A DNA stretch of 64,000 nucleotides from a virus, in UHGV virus genome UHGV-0054069. One strand, written 5' to 3'. The translations under genes and the position numbers were made by a program. Shown here piece after piece: positions 52,303 to 61,611 of the stretch (position 1 is the first letter of the stretch; each line of letters starts with the position of its first letter). The notes below the pieces were generated by a model that did not search any database, was not told the DNA's origin, and was given only the letters and a program-made list of their open reading frames with translations.

Positions 52303-54129
52303 ATGTCTAAATCAGTTTATGCAGTACCAGCAGGTCTTAATGCGGATGCTTACAAAGCTGGCCATATCTACCAGTACCCAAGTGCTACACAGTATCTGAT
52401 GCTAAATCTTACACCTCGTGGTGATAAGTGGTTTAACACTCCACTTGATATTGACGGTGTAGTTGCTTTTGGTATTCAACGTTTCGTTAAAGATTACTTA
52501 GTAGACCACTGGAATGCTACCTTCTTTGAACGAGATAAGAAAGAAGTTGTTGACGAAATCTTAGAAATCATGAACGGTGTTCTCGGTGCAGATGCGATTG
52601 GTCGTGAGCATTGGGAAGAACTTCACGATTTAGGCTATCTGCCAGTCGAAGTCTACTCTGTAGAAGAGGGTACAGTGGTTCCAATGCGTGTTCCAATGAT
52701 TATCTTCAAGAATACTGTAGAGGGCTTCCATTGGGTAGCTGGATATCTGGAAGATGCTTTCTCTGCTGAAATTTGGAAAGCTTCTACGATTGCCACTATT
52801 GCATTACACTACAAACGTATCTGTAAGCAATGGGCTGATGTAACCTGTGATAATGACTTCCATTTACCTTGGCAGTGTCATGATTTTGCAATGCGTGGTA
52901 TGTCAGGCTTTACAGATGATGCTTTTAACGCTGTAGGTCACCTGACAAGCTTTAAAGGTACTGACAGCTTCCCTGCTGTCTACACTGCTAAACGTGCTTA
53001 TGGTCAGTTTATGGAAGTAAGTGATATCGGCAACTCTGTACCAGCTACTGAACACTCTGTGATGTGCGCAAACATTTCATGGAATATGAAAGACTTGTCA
53101 GAGGAAGATATTCATTCACAGTACATCATGCAGTCTGATAGCTTGCTGGATGCAAAACGTTGGCGTGGTGAGGTTAAAACCTTTGAGCATTTACTGGTAG
53201 ACGTATATCCAACTGGTATTGCAAGTGTTGTTTCAGATACTTACAACTTCTGGCGTACTATTACAGAGATTCTCCCAGAACTCCGTGAAGTTATCCTGAA
53301 GCGTGAAGGTAAACTGGTAATACGTCCAGACTCTGGAGACCCCATTCACATTGTTGCTGGTTATCGTGCTGTTGAGTGGGAAAATGCCAAGAGTATGTTC
53401 TACAAACATATGAAAGAAATTGCACCGAACAATGATAAACTCCTGAATCTTATTCAGTATTGTGAGTTGCAGGATATGGGTTATGGGTTTGCTGCATGGC
53501 TTATCTCTGAAGGTTATGAGTTAGTTGTTGATAAAGAAGATTTTGAAACTGCTGAAACAGTTAACTTGAAAGATTTTAATAAGACCGGAAATATTGTTGT
53601 TAAGCGTATGCTGACAGCAGAGATTGATGGGGCTATCCCAACTCTCTACAACATCTTTGGTGGTCGTGTGAACAGTAAAGGTTACAAAGTACTGGATGAG
53701 CACATCGGTTTAATCTATGGTGATTCTATCACCCTTGAGCGAGCTAATGAGATTCTTGGTCGTCTTGCTGACAAAGGTTTTGCAAGCTCTAACGTGGTCT
53801 TTGGTGTTGGCTCATACACTTACCAGTACCTGACTCGTGATACCTTTGCATTTGCTGTCAAGGCTACTCTTGCTCAGATGGACGGTGAAGAAATCATGCT
53901 GGCAAAAGACCCTAAAACTGACAGTGGTCTTAAGAAGTCTGCTTTTGGTGGTGTAGTTCCTATGTGTGACGGTGATAAACTGGAAGCTGTAGACGGCTTT
54001 GGCTTTGCAGAGTTTGAAGGTGTACTGGATAATCCAGAATGTGCTTTGAAGTTGGTGTTTAGCAACTCTCAACCATATGGTTATGTAAACCTTTGTGATG
54101 TTCGAAATAACATTGACAAACAACTCTAA
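52303..54129 (+). CDS. nadV: nicotinamide phosphoribosyltransferase (NadV/NAMPT-like)
   Basis: NAMPT-type motifs IRPDSGDP and LIYGDSI; start at MSKSVYA (track start 52261 is TTG inside a hairpin). Confidence 0.8.
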   Translation: MSKSVYAVPAGLNADAYKAGHIYQYPSATQYLMLNLTPRGDKWFNTPLDIDGVVAFGIQRFVKDYLVDHWNATFFERDKKEVVDEILEIMNGVLGADAIGREHWEELHDLGYLPVEVYSVEEGTVVPMRVPMIIFKNTVEGFHWVAGYLEDAFSAEIWKASTIATIALHYKRICKQWADVTCDNDFHLPWQCHDFAMRGMSGFTDDAFNAVGHLTSFKGTDSFPAVYTAKRAYGQFMEVSDIGNSVPATEHSVMCANISWNMKDLSEEDIHSQYIMQSDSLLDAKRWRGEVKTFEHLLVDVYPTGIASVVSDTYNFWRTITEILPELREVILKREGKLVIRPDSGDPIHIVAGYRAVEWENAKSMFYKHMKEIAPNNDKLLNLIQYCELQDMGYGFAAWLISEGYELVVDKEDFETAETVNLKDFNKTGNIVVKRMLTAEIDGAIPTLYNIFGGRVNSKGYKVLDEHIGLIYGDSITLERANEILGRLADKGFASSNVVFGVGSYTYQYLTRDTFAFAVKATLAQMDGEEIMLAKDPKTDSGLKKSAFGGVVPMCDGDKLEAVDGFGFAEFEGVLDNPECALKLVFSNSQPYGYVNLCDVRNNIDKQL

Positions 54130-54141
54130 CTGAGTATTATA

Positions 54142-54166
54142 AGAGGCTCCTACGGGAGCCTTTTTA
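54142..54166 (+). terminator. rho-independent terminator
   Basis: GAGGCTCC-TACG-GGAGCC followed by TTTTT. Confidence 0.65.
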
Positions 54167-54182
54167 ATTTCTGGAGAATGCT

Positions 54183-54518
54183 ATGAAAATTAAGCAGATG
54201 AATATCAACCTTATCTTAGAAGAACGTTGGGAAAACATCAAATGTACTGAAGATGGTTATAAGTTTGTTAACAAGATTATGCAGGAAGCTCAGACTCAAC
54301 TTGCTTCTGAGATTCATACAACGATTACTTTGAAGGTTTACATCAAAGGTCTTCCACAAAATCACCAAGAAGCCCTTGACCTGTTCTGTGAACACTTCTA
54401 TAATCCGAACAAAAGAATCCTTGAAGATAATTTTGCAGTCTCTTCAAGCATCGTTCATGACAGAAGCTTTATCCTGTTCAAAACTGTAGGAGAGAATGTA
54501 TGCAAGGTTATTGGTTAG
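54183..54518 (+). CDS. hypothetical protein
   Basis: 111 aa ORF. Confidence 0.4.
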   Translation: MKIKQMNINLILEERWENIKCTEDGYKFVNKIMQEAQTQLASEIHTTITLKVYIKGLPQNHQEALDLFCEHFYNPNKRILEDNFAVSSSIVHDRSFILFKTVGENVCKVIG

Positions 54519-54679
54519 AGATTATCTTATCACTTGGTTGTATTGTTGCTATTGCAGTATTGCTTTGCAAGTACTTTGCAGAGACTGAACCATGTAATGA
54601 GTGTGAAGGTTCTGGAATAGCTGGTATTGGGCATTGTTGCCCTTACTGTAACGGAACTGGAAAGAAATTTAAAAAGTAA
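54500..54679 (+). CDS. small membrane protein with Cys-rich zinc-ribbon-like tail (59 aa)
   Basis: N-terminal hydrophobic segment then CNECEGSG...CCPYCNGTG; GGAGAGAA RBS; below track size cutoff. Confidence 0.3.
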   Translation: MQGYWLEIILSLGCIVAIAVLLCKYFAETEPCNECEGSGIAGIGHCCPYCNGTGKKFKK

Positions 54680-54680
54680 C

Positions 54681-54710
54681 TTGACAGAGGTATCTATAAA
54701 AGAATATAGT
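54681..54710 (+). promoter_or_regulatory. sigma70-type promoter
   Basis: TTGACA-N18-TATAGT upstream of rIIA-like gene. Confidence 0.4.
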
Positions 54711-54742
54711 TACCTCACCAAACAACAAAGAGGAATCCTGTT

Positions 54743-57112
54743 ATGCGTATGGTAAATGACCACGCAGAGATTATCAAAAGTTCAGACACTTTAGAAACTT
54801 CTCAAGCTCAGATTAAGATGACACCTGAAATGTTTAGTCTTCTGAGTTCTGGTGTATACACCTACAAAGAACGTGCTGTAATTCGTGAGTTATCCTGTAA
54901 CGCAGTAGATGCTCACATTGATTCAGGTAATAGTGATAAACCTTTCTTGGTTCACTTACCAACTCGTTTTGAGCCGTACTTTGAAGTTCGAGACTTTGGT
55001 ACTGGATTGACCCATGATAAAGTAATGAAACTTTACATGACCTACGGAGAGTCAACAAAGAATGACTCAAATGACTACATCGGTGCTATGGGTATCGGTT
55101 CAAAGTCACCGTTTGCAATTGCTCAATCATTCACTGTATCAAGCTACGTTGATGGTATTGTTAACAAGTACTCTGTATATCTTGAGAATGGTATTCCTCA
55201 AGTTACTAAACTGACTACTAACCCAACAACTGAACCAAATGGTTTAGCAGTTCGAGTAGCAGTCTCTGAGAGTCGCATTTCTAAGTTCCAAGAAGAAGCA
55301 AGTAATGTGTTCTCATACTTTAAAGTTAAACCAGATTGCAACATTGAGTTCTTCGATATTCTTGCAGCAATGACTTCAATCTCTCGTGAAGATGGTGTTT
55401 ATGATGCAATGAAATACAAAGAGGGTTGGCGCTCAAACAATAACAGTGTTCACTTCAACGTTGTAATGGGGAATATTGCATACCCTGTTGAAATGGGTGA
55501 ATTACTTGGTTCAGAATTTACAACGGTTCTGCCTCAGTTCTTCCGTAGTTCTGTAGACCTTGTAAACATCTACATGCCGATTGGTTCAGTGGCTATTGCT
55601 GCATCTCGTGAAGCATTGCAGATGAACGACACTACCAAAAACAAAATTGTTGAAGCAGTTAAAAAGATTACTTCGACTATTGTTGAGGATGTTATTAAAG
55701 AGGTTGCAGACAAACCCACGTTGATTGACGCTGCACAAGCTTATGATGATATGAGGAAGAATGCTCGTGAAATATTCTATCACGTTAATGATAAGTTAGA
55801 GTGGCAAGGTCAGAACTTAGCAGACCTTGAACGTAAACTTTTGGGTATTCGCCGTGGTCAATTGACTGAGGCTGATGGTTCACCATCCTTCTTAAAAGAT
55901 GAGAATGGTAACTTCCGTCTTGACAAAGATGGTAATCAGGTTCCTAATATCGGTAACTTGTATGAACCTGTTGCATACTACAAATACAGCAGTCTTGAGA
56001 ATCGTATTCGTGCAACTTCAGCCACGCATACACAAGACTCTGCAATGTTCAGTATCTTTGGTGCAATGAGTAAAGATAAGTTGAGTAATTACCTGTTCCT
56101 TATCAATGACCGTCGAAACAAGAATGGTACTGAAAAGACAACTGGCAAGAATCAGATTATCCGTGGTGCTTGCCGTGACCGCGAGCAGGAAGACTCAAAC
56201 TTCCGTCGCTACAATGGTATTGCATTCCTATTTAATAGTCAGGAACAATTTGATGAATTTGTAACGCTACACATGCTTGACAAGAGCCTGTTAAGTGTTC
56301 ACAACATGTCATCTAAAGAACACCACTACGAGAAACGTACAATTACTCGTGGAGTTGTTAAGCTCTACAAAGCTTTTGTCTTCAACGATGACCGAGTAGG
56401 TTACTCAGAAGTCAAAGAGAACTTTGATGAGATTGAGGAACCACAACTTTACATCAAAGCACAAAGTGATGAGGTAATTGGTGGACTGTTCTCATGTTCT
56501 CCAGAGACTGCTGCTAAACTCGTGACAGAGTTAACTGGACAGTCTGTGTATGTCTTCCGTAAAGCAAACTGGAAGAAAGTACCGGAAGACTGGATTGAAG
56601 TAACTGAACAAGTCTTCAAAGACTATGTTGACAGTTCTCATTGGGTAGATTATCATCGTCACATGATTTATCAATGGACTGCAAACAAGTGTGACCTGAC
56701 TGATAAACATATTATTTCTCGTGAATTTACGTTTAATAATAAGAAGAAGTCTAAAGGTTATGTTTACTCCAAGGATATCAAATTTACGATGTTCTTAGAG
56801 GGTAACGAAGACGCTGTAGAAGCAATGTTTGGACGTTTGGCTTACTCTGCTGGGACTATTGCTTATGAGGGTACTGTCAGTGTTCTGGAGTCATTACGTA
56901 AAGCAATGCGACCTAAGACTAAGATGAGACAGTCTCTTGATAAAGCTAAGAGCCGTCTTAAAAGGAAAATTGAGAAGTATTTTGAGCATCGTCGCAAAGA
57001 AAACTTCTTGCTTTCTAACTTAGATTGGAATAAAGTATCACCTGTTGAGGTTGGTAAGTTCTTAGGGTTTGATGTTAAGCACATCCCAGAAGATACTAAT
57101 TCTTGGTCTTAA
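54743..57112 (+). CDS. rIIA: rIIA-like protein (GHKL ATPase N-terminal domain)
   Basis: GHKL N-box ELSCNAVDA, G1 box DFGTGL, G2 box GAMGIGSKS; 789 aa; followed by rIIB-sized gene. Confidence 0.6.
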   Translation: MRMVNDHAEIIKSSDTLETSQAQIKMTPEMFSLLSSGVYTYKERAVIRELSCNAVDAHIDSGNSDKPFLVHLPTRFEPYFEVRDFGTGLTHDKVMKLYMTYGESTKNDSNDYIGAMGIGSKSPFAIAQSFTVSSYVDGIVNKYSVYLENGIPQVTKLTTNPTTEPNGLAVRVAVSESRISKFQEEASNVFSYFKVKPDCNIEFFDILAAMTSISREDGVYDAMKYKEGWRSNNNSVHFNVVMGNIAYPVEMGELLGSEFTTVLPQFFRSSVDLVNIYMPIGSVAIAASREALQMNDTTKNKIVEAVKKITSTIVEDVIKEVADKPTLIDAAQAYDDMRKNAREIFYHVNDKLEWQGQNLADLERKLLGIRRGQLTEADGSPSFLKDENGNFRLDKDGNQVPNIGNLYEPVAYYKYSSLENRIRATSATHTQDSAMFSIFGAMSKDKLSNYLFLINDRRNKNGTEKTTGKNQIIRGACRDREQEDSNFRRYNGIAFLFNSQEQFDEFVTLHMLDKSLLSVHNMSSKEHHYEKRTITRGVVKLYKAFVFNDDRVGYSEVKENFDEIEEPQLYIKAQSDEVIGGLFSCSPETAAKLVTELTGQSVYVFRKANWKKVPEDWIEVTEQVFKDYVDSSHWVDYHRHMIYQWTANKCDLTDKHIISREFTFNNKKKSKGYVYSKDIKFTMFLEGNEDAVEAMFGRLAYSAGTIAYEGTVSVLESLRKAMRPKTKMRQSLDKAKSRLKRKIEKYFEHRRKENFLLSNLDWNKVSPVEVGKFLGFDVKHIPEDTNSWS

Positions 57113-57118
57113 AAGAGT

Positions 57119-57147
57119 TTGACAGGGGCTGAAAAGCCCCTTAAAAT
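57119..57147 (+). promoter_or_regulatory. sigma70-type promoter with perfect hairpin in spacer
   Basis: TTGACA-N17-TAAAAT; spacer is GGGGCTGAAAAGCCCC hairpin (same 16-mer also at 52266-52281). Confidence 0.45.
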
Positions 57148-57182
57148 ACGAAACTGTTAATTAACTAAAGAGAGATATTAAG

Positions 57183-58304
57183 ATGACTACTAAAACTAAA
57201 GCACAAATCGACGCAGAAATCTATGCACTGGTAATGGAAGGTAAACTGACCAAGACTGCCATTGCAAATCGTTACAATACTTCAACACGCTCTGTTGGTC
57301 GTGCTGTAGAACGTCACCAAGCAACTCTGGTTAAGGCTCCAGCTAAACCAGCCAAAACTCTGAAGTCTATTGCAAAAGCTGCTAAGACTTCTAAGAAAGC
57401 AACTACTAAGACTACAGTTGCAAAAGCTGTTAAGAAAGCTGTTAAGAAAGAAGAAGCCAAAGCCGAACCAGTAAATGCTCTACATGATGCAATGCAAAGT
57501 AACAGCAAGATTGAGTACATGATTACTGGTGATTCTGTTATCATGACTTTCGGTGCAGAGTCTGAGATTGTTGAGTCAACTCATGTAAACTTTGAAGAGA
57601 TTAAACTCGCAGTCGCAGCAGGTCAGTACAAGAAAGCATTTGACCTGATGAATATCCGTAAGTCTATTGAGAACTTCACTCAGGGAGCTATCACTATCAA
57701 GGGTGATAACCTGTACTACGGTGCTGTTCAGATGCGTTCAACTCTGGTAGACCGTATCCTGACCATGATGAAGAATGGTGATGAAGGATTTACCCATCTA
57801 TTAGCGTTCTTCGAGAAGCTGATGGAAAACCCATCCAAAGATTCTGTAGAACAACTTTGGGGATTCGTATCACATCTTGACGTTGAGATTGACGAAGAAG
57901 GTTACATTATTGGTTGGAAGAAAGTAACTAGCCGTGGTGGTAAACTGTTTGACTCTCGTACTTGCAAGGTTCCTAATGATTTGGGTAACATTGTAGAGAT
58001 GCCACGTTGGATGGTTGATAATAACCGTAACGTAACTTGCTCTCAGGGTCTTCATGTTGGTGCTTGGGATTATGTAACAAGCTTCTCTGGAGATACCATC
58101 CTGAAAGTTCGTGTACACCCACGAGATGTTGTATCAGTACCAACTGATTACCAAGATATGAAAATGCGAGCTTCCCGTTATGAAGTAGCAGCAATCGTGA
58201 ATGGCCGTCGTGAAGTTGTTAAAGAGTGGGATGGTTCAGAAGCACTACACGTAGTTGTAGGTACTGCTGGTGAACTGATTTCTCAGCGTAAACGTGAAGT
58301 TTAA
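57183..58304 (+). CDS. rIIB: rIIB-like protein (tentative)
   Basis: 373 aa ORF directly downstream of rIIA-like gene; assignment by synteny and size only. Confidence 0.4.
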   Translation: MTTKTKAQIDAEIYALVMEGKLTKTAIANRYNTSTRSVGRAVERHQATLVKAPAKPAKTLKSIAKAAKTSKKATTKTTVAKAVKKAVKKEEAKAEPVNALHDAMQSNSKIEYMITGDSVIMTFGAESEIVESTHVNFEEIKLAVAAGQYKKAFDLMNIRKSIENFTQGAITIKGDNLYYGAVQMRSTLVDRILTMMKNGDEGFTHLLAFFEKLMENPSKDSVEQLWGFVSHLDVEIDEEGYIIGWKKVTSRGGKLFDSRTCKVPNDLGNIVEMPRWMVDNNRNVTCSQGLHVGAWDYVTSFSGDTILKVRVHPRDVVSVPTDYQDMKMRASRYEVAAIVNGRREVVKEWDGSEALHVVVGTAGELISQRKREV

Positions 58305-58319
58305 TTAGTAAGAATCCTA

Positions 58320-58346
58320 AAGGGCTGCTTCGGCAGCCTTTTTTAT
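58320..58346 (+). terminator. rho-independent terminator
   Basis: GGGCTGC-TTCG-GCAGCC followed by TTTTTTATTT. Confidence 0.65.
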
Positions 58347-58374
58347 TTGAAAAATGTGTAGGATGGTGTATAAT
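58347..58374 (+). promoter_or_regulatory. sigma70-type promoter
   Basis: TTGAAA-N16-TATAAT immediately after terminator. Confidence 0.5.
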
Positions 58375-58405
58375 TGTCTGCATGTTTAACAAAATAGGAG
58401 ACCCA

Positions 58406-58954
58406 ATGAAGAAATTCATTTTAGGTTTGTGCTTATTATTAACAGCACAGGTTGCTACAGCGTCAGATTGTCCAGAACTAACAATTAGCCAGAAAGTTAA
58501 CATGTTAAAGGCTTACAATTATGGCGAGAAAGAGATGGGACAAGGTTGGGGAATCCCATTAGCAGCTATAGCCTTACAAGAGTCACAATTAGGTGTCAAG
58601 GTTGTTAATAAAAAGACTCACGATTATGGAGTGTTCCAGAATCATTTGAAGACTGTTGTAAAGCGTAACAAGATTTCACCTAACGTTGCAAAGAGAAAGC
58701 TTATCAGTGATTTCCATTACTCAGCTAAAGAGGCTCACAAGGAACTTCTTTTCTGGGCTAAGGTTCATGGTCACCCAAATGGAAAGTATTCTATGAAGCG
58801 TGTCTTAGCATCTTATAATGCTGGTTACAAATATAAGATTCCAAAGGCTAGACAATACTCTCAAGACGTGTACAATAACATGCAACTGCTTGCTCAATGT
58901 GAGTTTGCAACAAACATTAAAAAGGTAAAATATGAGCGAATCAAAACAATTTGA
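58406..58954 (+). CDS. lytic transglycosylase (SLT domain) with signal peptide; endolysin candidate
   Basis: Signal peptide MKKFILGLCLLLTAQVATA; SLT catalytic ALQESQLG and AGY-type motif ASYNAGYKY. Confidence 0.6.
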   Translation: MKKFILGLCLLLTAQVATASDCPELTISQKVNMLKAYNYGEKEMGQGWGIPLAAIALQESQLGVKVVNKKTHDYGVFQNHLKTVVKRNKISPNVAKRKLISDFHYSAKEAHKELLFWAKVHGHPNGKYSMKRVLASYNAGYKYKIPKARQYSQDVYNNMQLLAQCEFATNIKKVKYERIKTI

Positions 58955-59627
58955 TAAGGTTCTGTGTCATGCTTATGATATCAAACCTTTGGATTTAGAT
59001 ATCAGTTCTGCAAGTTGGTCAGAAACTGCTAAAGCTGACTTTGCAGATACAGCAAGATATGTTGTGTGTTGCTTTGAAGACTTTCACTCAACGATGACAA
59101 AGATTCCTTGTCAAGATTTGCTAACTGGTAAGACTGTGTATGTAAATCGTAATAGCCTCATCTTAGTTGCAAAAGACTTAGAAGCAAAACGTAAAATGGT
59201 TCTGGCAGATATTGACGGAGTTCTTACAAGCTTTGACAAAAGTCTTAATGCAACCTTGTTAGATGATGGTACTTACTCACAGTACACAAACTTGGTAGAC
59301 TCTCACAGGGCTAAACCAACTTATGTTTTTAACATCCTATGTGGAATCTCACAGAATGCTGATATAGGATTCTTGACTGCTCGTGGTGAATCACAAAGAG
59401 TGGTTACACATCTCTTCCTGAATGAGAACACAGACAGTGACTTCTTACTATTTATGCGTGGATTCGGTGACAATGAGATTAGTGCAGAAAGTTTGAAAGT
59501 TCGTATGCTTCAGTCTTGCATTCTACCTTACTATGATGTAGTATGTTTTATAGAAGATACAGTAAAGAACGTGGCAAAGGTTGAAAGAATCCTCCCACAC
59601 ATTAAAACAATGTTAGTTAAAAACTGA
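58932..59627 (+). CDS. HAD-superfamily hydrolase-like protein
   Basis: HAD motif I LADIDGVLT; 231 aa. Confidence 0.45.
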   Translation: MSESKQFDKVLCHAYDIKPLDLDISSASWSETAKADFADTARYVVCCFEDFHSTMTKIPCQDLLTGKTVYVNRNSLILVAKDLEAKRKMVLADIDGVLTSFDKSLNATLLDDGTYSQYTNLVDSHRAKPTYVFNILCGISQNADIGFLTARGESQRVVTHLFLNENTDSDFLLFMRGFGDNEISAESLKVRMLQSCILPYYDVVCFIEDTVKNVAKVERILPHIKTMLVKN

Positions 59628-59638
59628 GAGAGAAAACC

Positions 59639-60103
59639 ATGCAAAATATTATCACAGTAGCTATCGATGCAACCGGAAACAAATCTGAAGTTGTTCGTAA
59701 TATCATCAAAGACAAATTTGAAGGTAAAATCTTCCGAGCAGTAAACGTTAAAGCTGACGGAGAGATTCGTGAGTATCGTGCTCTACTGAATGTTTCTAAA
59801 CACGTTAAAGGTGTTGGTTCTACAACTGCTCACAAAGAAAACCTGATGACTATCTATGATATGGGTATGGCTTCAGAACTTGGTTCAGCAGGGATTGTAA
59901 AACAGGGAGCACCATACCGTTCCTTCAATCTGGAAACTACTCTTATGCTTTCCTTCACAAGTGGTGAAAAGACTACCACTTATCTGTTTACTGATGCTGC
60001 AACGGTATCAGCTATCAAGGACAGCACCATTAAAGCTGGGGTTAACGCTGCTGCTAAAGCCTCAACAATGGCTGCAAATGTGCTTGCTAAAGTTCTAGGT
60101 TAA
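59639..60103 (+). CDS. hypothetical protein
   Basis: 154 aa ORF followed by terminator. Confidence 0.45.
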   Translation: MQNIITVAIDATGNKSEVVRNIIKDKFEGKIFRAVNVKADGEIREYRALLNVSKHVKGVGSTTAHKENLMTIYDMGMASELGSAGIVKQGAPYRSFNLETTLMLSFTSGEKTTTYLFTDAATVSAIKDSTIKAGVNAAAKASTMAANVLAKVLG

Positions 60104-60111
60104 GGTTAATA

Positions 60112-60137
60112 TAGAGGCTCCTTCGGGAGCCTTTTTC
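60112..60137 (+). terminator. rho-independent terminator
   Basis: GAGGCTCC-TTCG-GGAGCC followed by TTTTTC. Confidence 0.65.
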
Positions 60138-60155
60138 ATTTCTAGGAGAAGTTAA

Positions 60156-60503
60156 ATGACATTTAAAGAATTTTGTCAAGCTGCTTTTGTAATCATGTTT
60201 CTGTTAGGTGTTGGTGCTTGGGGAGGTTATACTTACAAGACCAGCCAAGTTAACGAGAAAGAGTTGACTAATCAGAGATTGGTTAGTGTTGCTAAGGATG
60301 CTTACCAAGAAGGTTTAGCAAACCTTAGCGCTAATTACAAAAACGATTTGAAAGATGTGCTTGCTAAAAACAAACACACAAAAGAGGTATTAACTTATGA
60401 AAAAACTAAGACAGAGTTTCTTAATATTTGTGCTACTGAGTCTTATGTCAGGGTGTTCAATGAACAAGGTGAACAGTACCTTCAAAAACTCCCAAGTAAG
60501 TGA
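60156..60503 (+). CDS. i-spanin candidate (Rz-like)
   Basis: N-terminal TM segment then coiled-coil periplasmic domain; 3' end overlaps lipoprotein gene in another frame. Confidence 0.45.
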   Translation: MTFKEFCQAAFVIMFLLGVGAWGGYTYKTSQVNEKELTNQRLVSVAKDAYQEGLANLSANYKNDLKDVLAKNKHTKEVLTYEKTKTEFLNICATESYVRVFNEQGEQYLQKLPSK

Positions 60504-60666
60504 GAGTGACAAGTACACTCAGGAAGAAACTAGGTACACTGTCAAAGGTACTAAGGGTGAAGACCTTGCTAGTGCTATGGAGTTTTATCGTGATGGATTC
60601 TATGAATGTGCTATCAAGGCAAACAATTTGATTGATATGATTTTGTTAGGGAATAAGCAGCAATGA
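60397..60666 (+). CDS. o-spanin candidate (Rz1-like outer-membrane lipoprotein)
   Basis: Signal peptide with lipobox-like LMSGC; gene starts inside 3' part of i-spanin candidate (overlapped architecture). Confidence 0.45.
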   Translation: MKKLRQSFLIFVLLSLMSGCSMNKVNSTFKNSQVSESDKYTQEETRYTVKGTKGEDLASAMEFYRDGFYECAIKANNLIDMILLGNKQQ

Positions 60667-60932
60667 CAGAGAAGAATGAAACGTTCTATGTAGAAGGTTA
60701 TCTACTACTCCCAAGACCAAGCAACACTTACATGAGAATTGACTTCTTACCAACAATCATGGATGATATCATGTGTCACCTATTCATACAGGGAATCACG
60801 GCACAGTTAAAACATGTTGGAAGAGAATGTAAGATTCGTGTTGACAACCATCCTGAAATCAAAGAGAATCACTATATCTGGTTCGGTGAAGATTCCAAAG
60901 AAATCTACGCAACGTTAAAAACGAGGGAATGA
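60663..60932 (+). CDS. hypothetical protein
   Basis: 89 aa ORF, overlapping start. Confidence 0.4.
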   Translation: MTEKNETFYVEGYLLLPRPSNTYMRIDFLPTIMDDIMCHLFIQGITAQLKHVGRECKIRVDNHPEIKENHYIWFGEDSKEIYATLKTRE

Positions 60933-61099
60933 TTGTGGACAAACAGAAGCTTCTTAACTTGATTGAAGAGTATGGTGATACCCGTTTTAATATTGGTATT
61001 GCACAGGTTAAAGATTCAATTGAAAACTCTACCTTATGGGAAGAAGCTTCAGAAGCAATCTTACAACAAATTAAAGAGGTAATCTCTAATGGAACTTAA
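60929..61099 (+). CDS. small hypothetical protein (56 aa)
   Basis: ATGA overlap with upstream stop, fills gap between ORFs; below track size cutoff. Confidence 0.3.
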   Translation: MIVDKQKLLNLIEEYGDTRFNIGIAQVKDSIENSTLWEEASEAILQQIKEVISNGT

Positions 61100-61415
61100 T
61101 GGTAAAACCATTGTAGCCGTATTCTCAGATAATGAGAAAGATATTGGTGTAGCCCAAGTGACATATGGCAATGGTGAGTTTCTATATGGTGTAATCGCCA
61201 TGATTGGTACAAGAGGTGATACCCCAACATTCCAAGATTGTGTACATAAGCTTGAAGAGTCTGTTAGAAATCATTGGTGTCTCGTTTGGATGAACGATAA
61301 TGATATCAAAGAGCGTTACGCTAAAATTGGTATTGACATTGTTGGAATTGAACATGTAGACTTGTATCAACTAACTGAAAAGGTGATGTATGAAAGTTCT
61401 AATCGTCAGAAATAA
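61089..61415 (+). CDS. hypothetical protein
   Basis: 108 aa ORF. Confidence 0.4.
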   Translation: MELNGKTIVAVFSDNEKDIGVAQVTYGNGEFLYGVIAMIGTRGDTPTFQDCVHKLEESVRNHWCLVWMNDNDIKERYAKIGIDIVGIEHVDLYQLTEKVMYESSNRQK

Positions 61416-61611
61416 AAAGACACGACAAATTATAGCATCTGGTATCTATGTAGGGAGAAGTGAAGTAATCCCGTTTACAGAGGTTTTCTCACATAAAGAA
61501 ACCTTCAAATATTATTTGGATGAATGCTTCTTACGTTCAAACGTTGAAAGTTTTAAACGGACTTTCACCAGTAATCGTACAGTCACTCAAGAGGTAATCT
61601 TAAATGGCTGA
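61390..61611 (+). CDS. hypothetical protein
   Basis: 73 aa ORF. Confidence 0.4.
   Translation: MKVLIVRNKKTRQIIASGIYVGRSEVIPFTEVFSHKETFKYYLDECFLRSNVESFKRTFTSNRTVTQEVILNG

Noticed and set aside
54743-57112. GHKL ATPase as a defense-type ATPase (MORC- or Paris-like) rather than rIIA
   Set aside because: Size, N-terminal GHKL placement and the downstream rIIB-sized partner match the phage rIIA/rIIB arrangement; no adjacent nuclease or effector domain seen.
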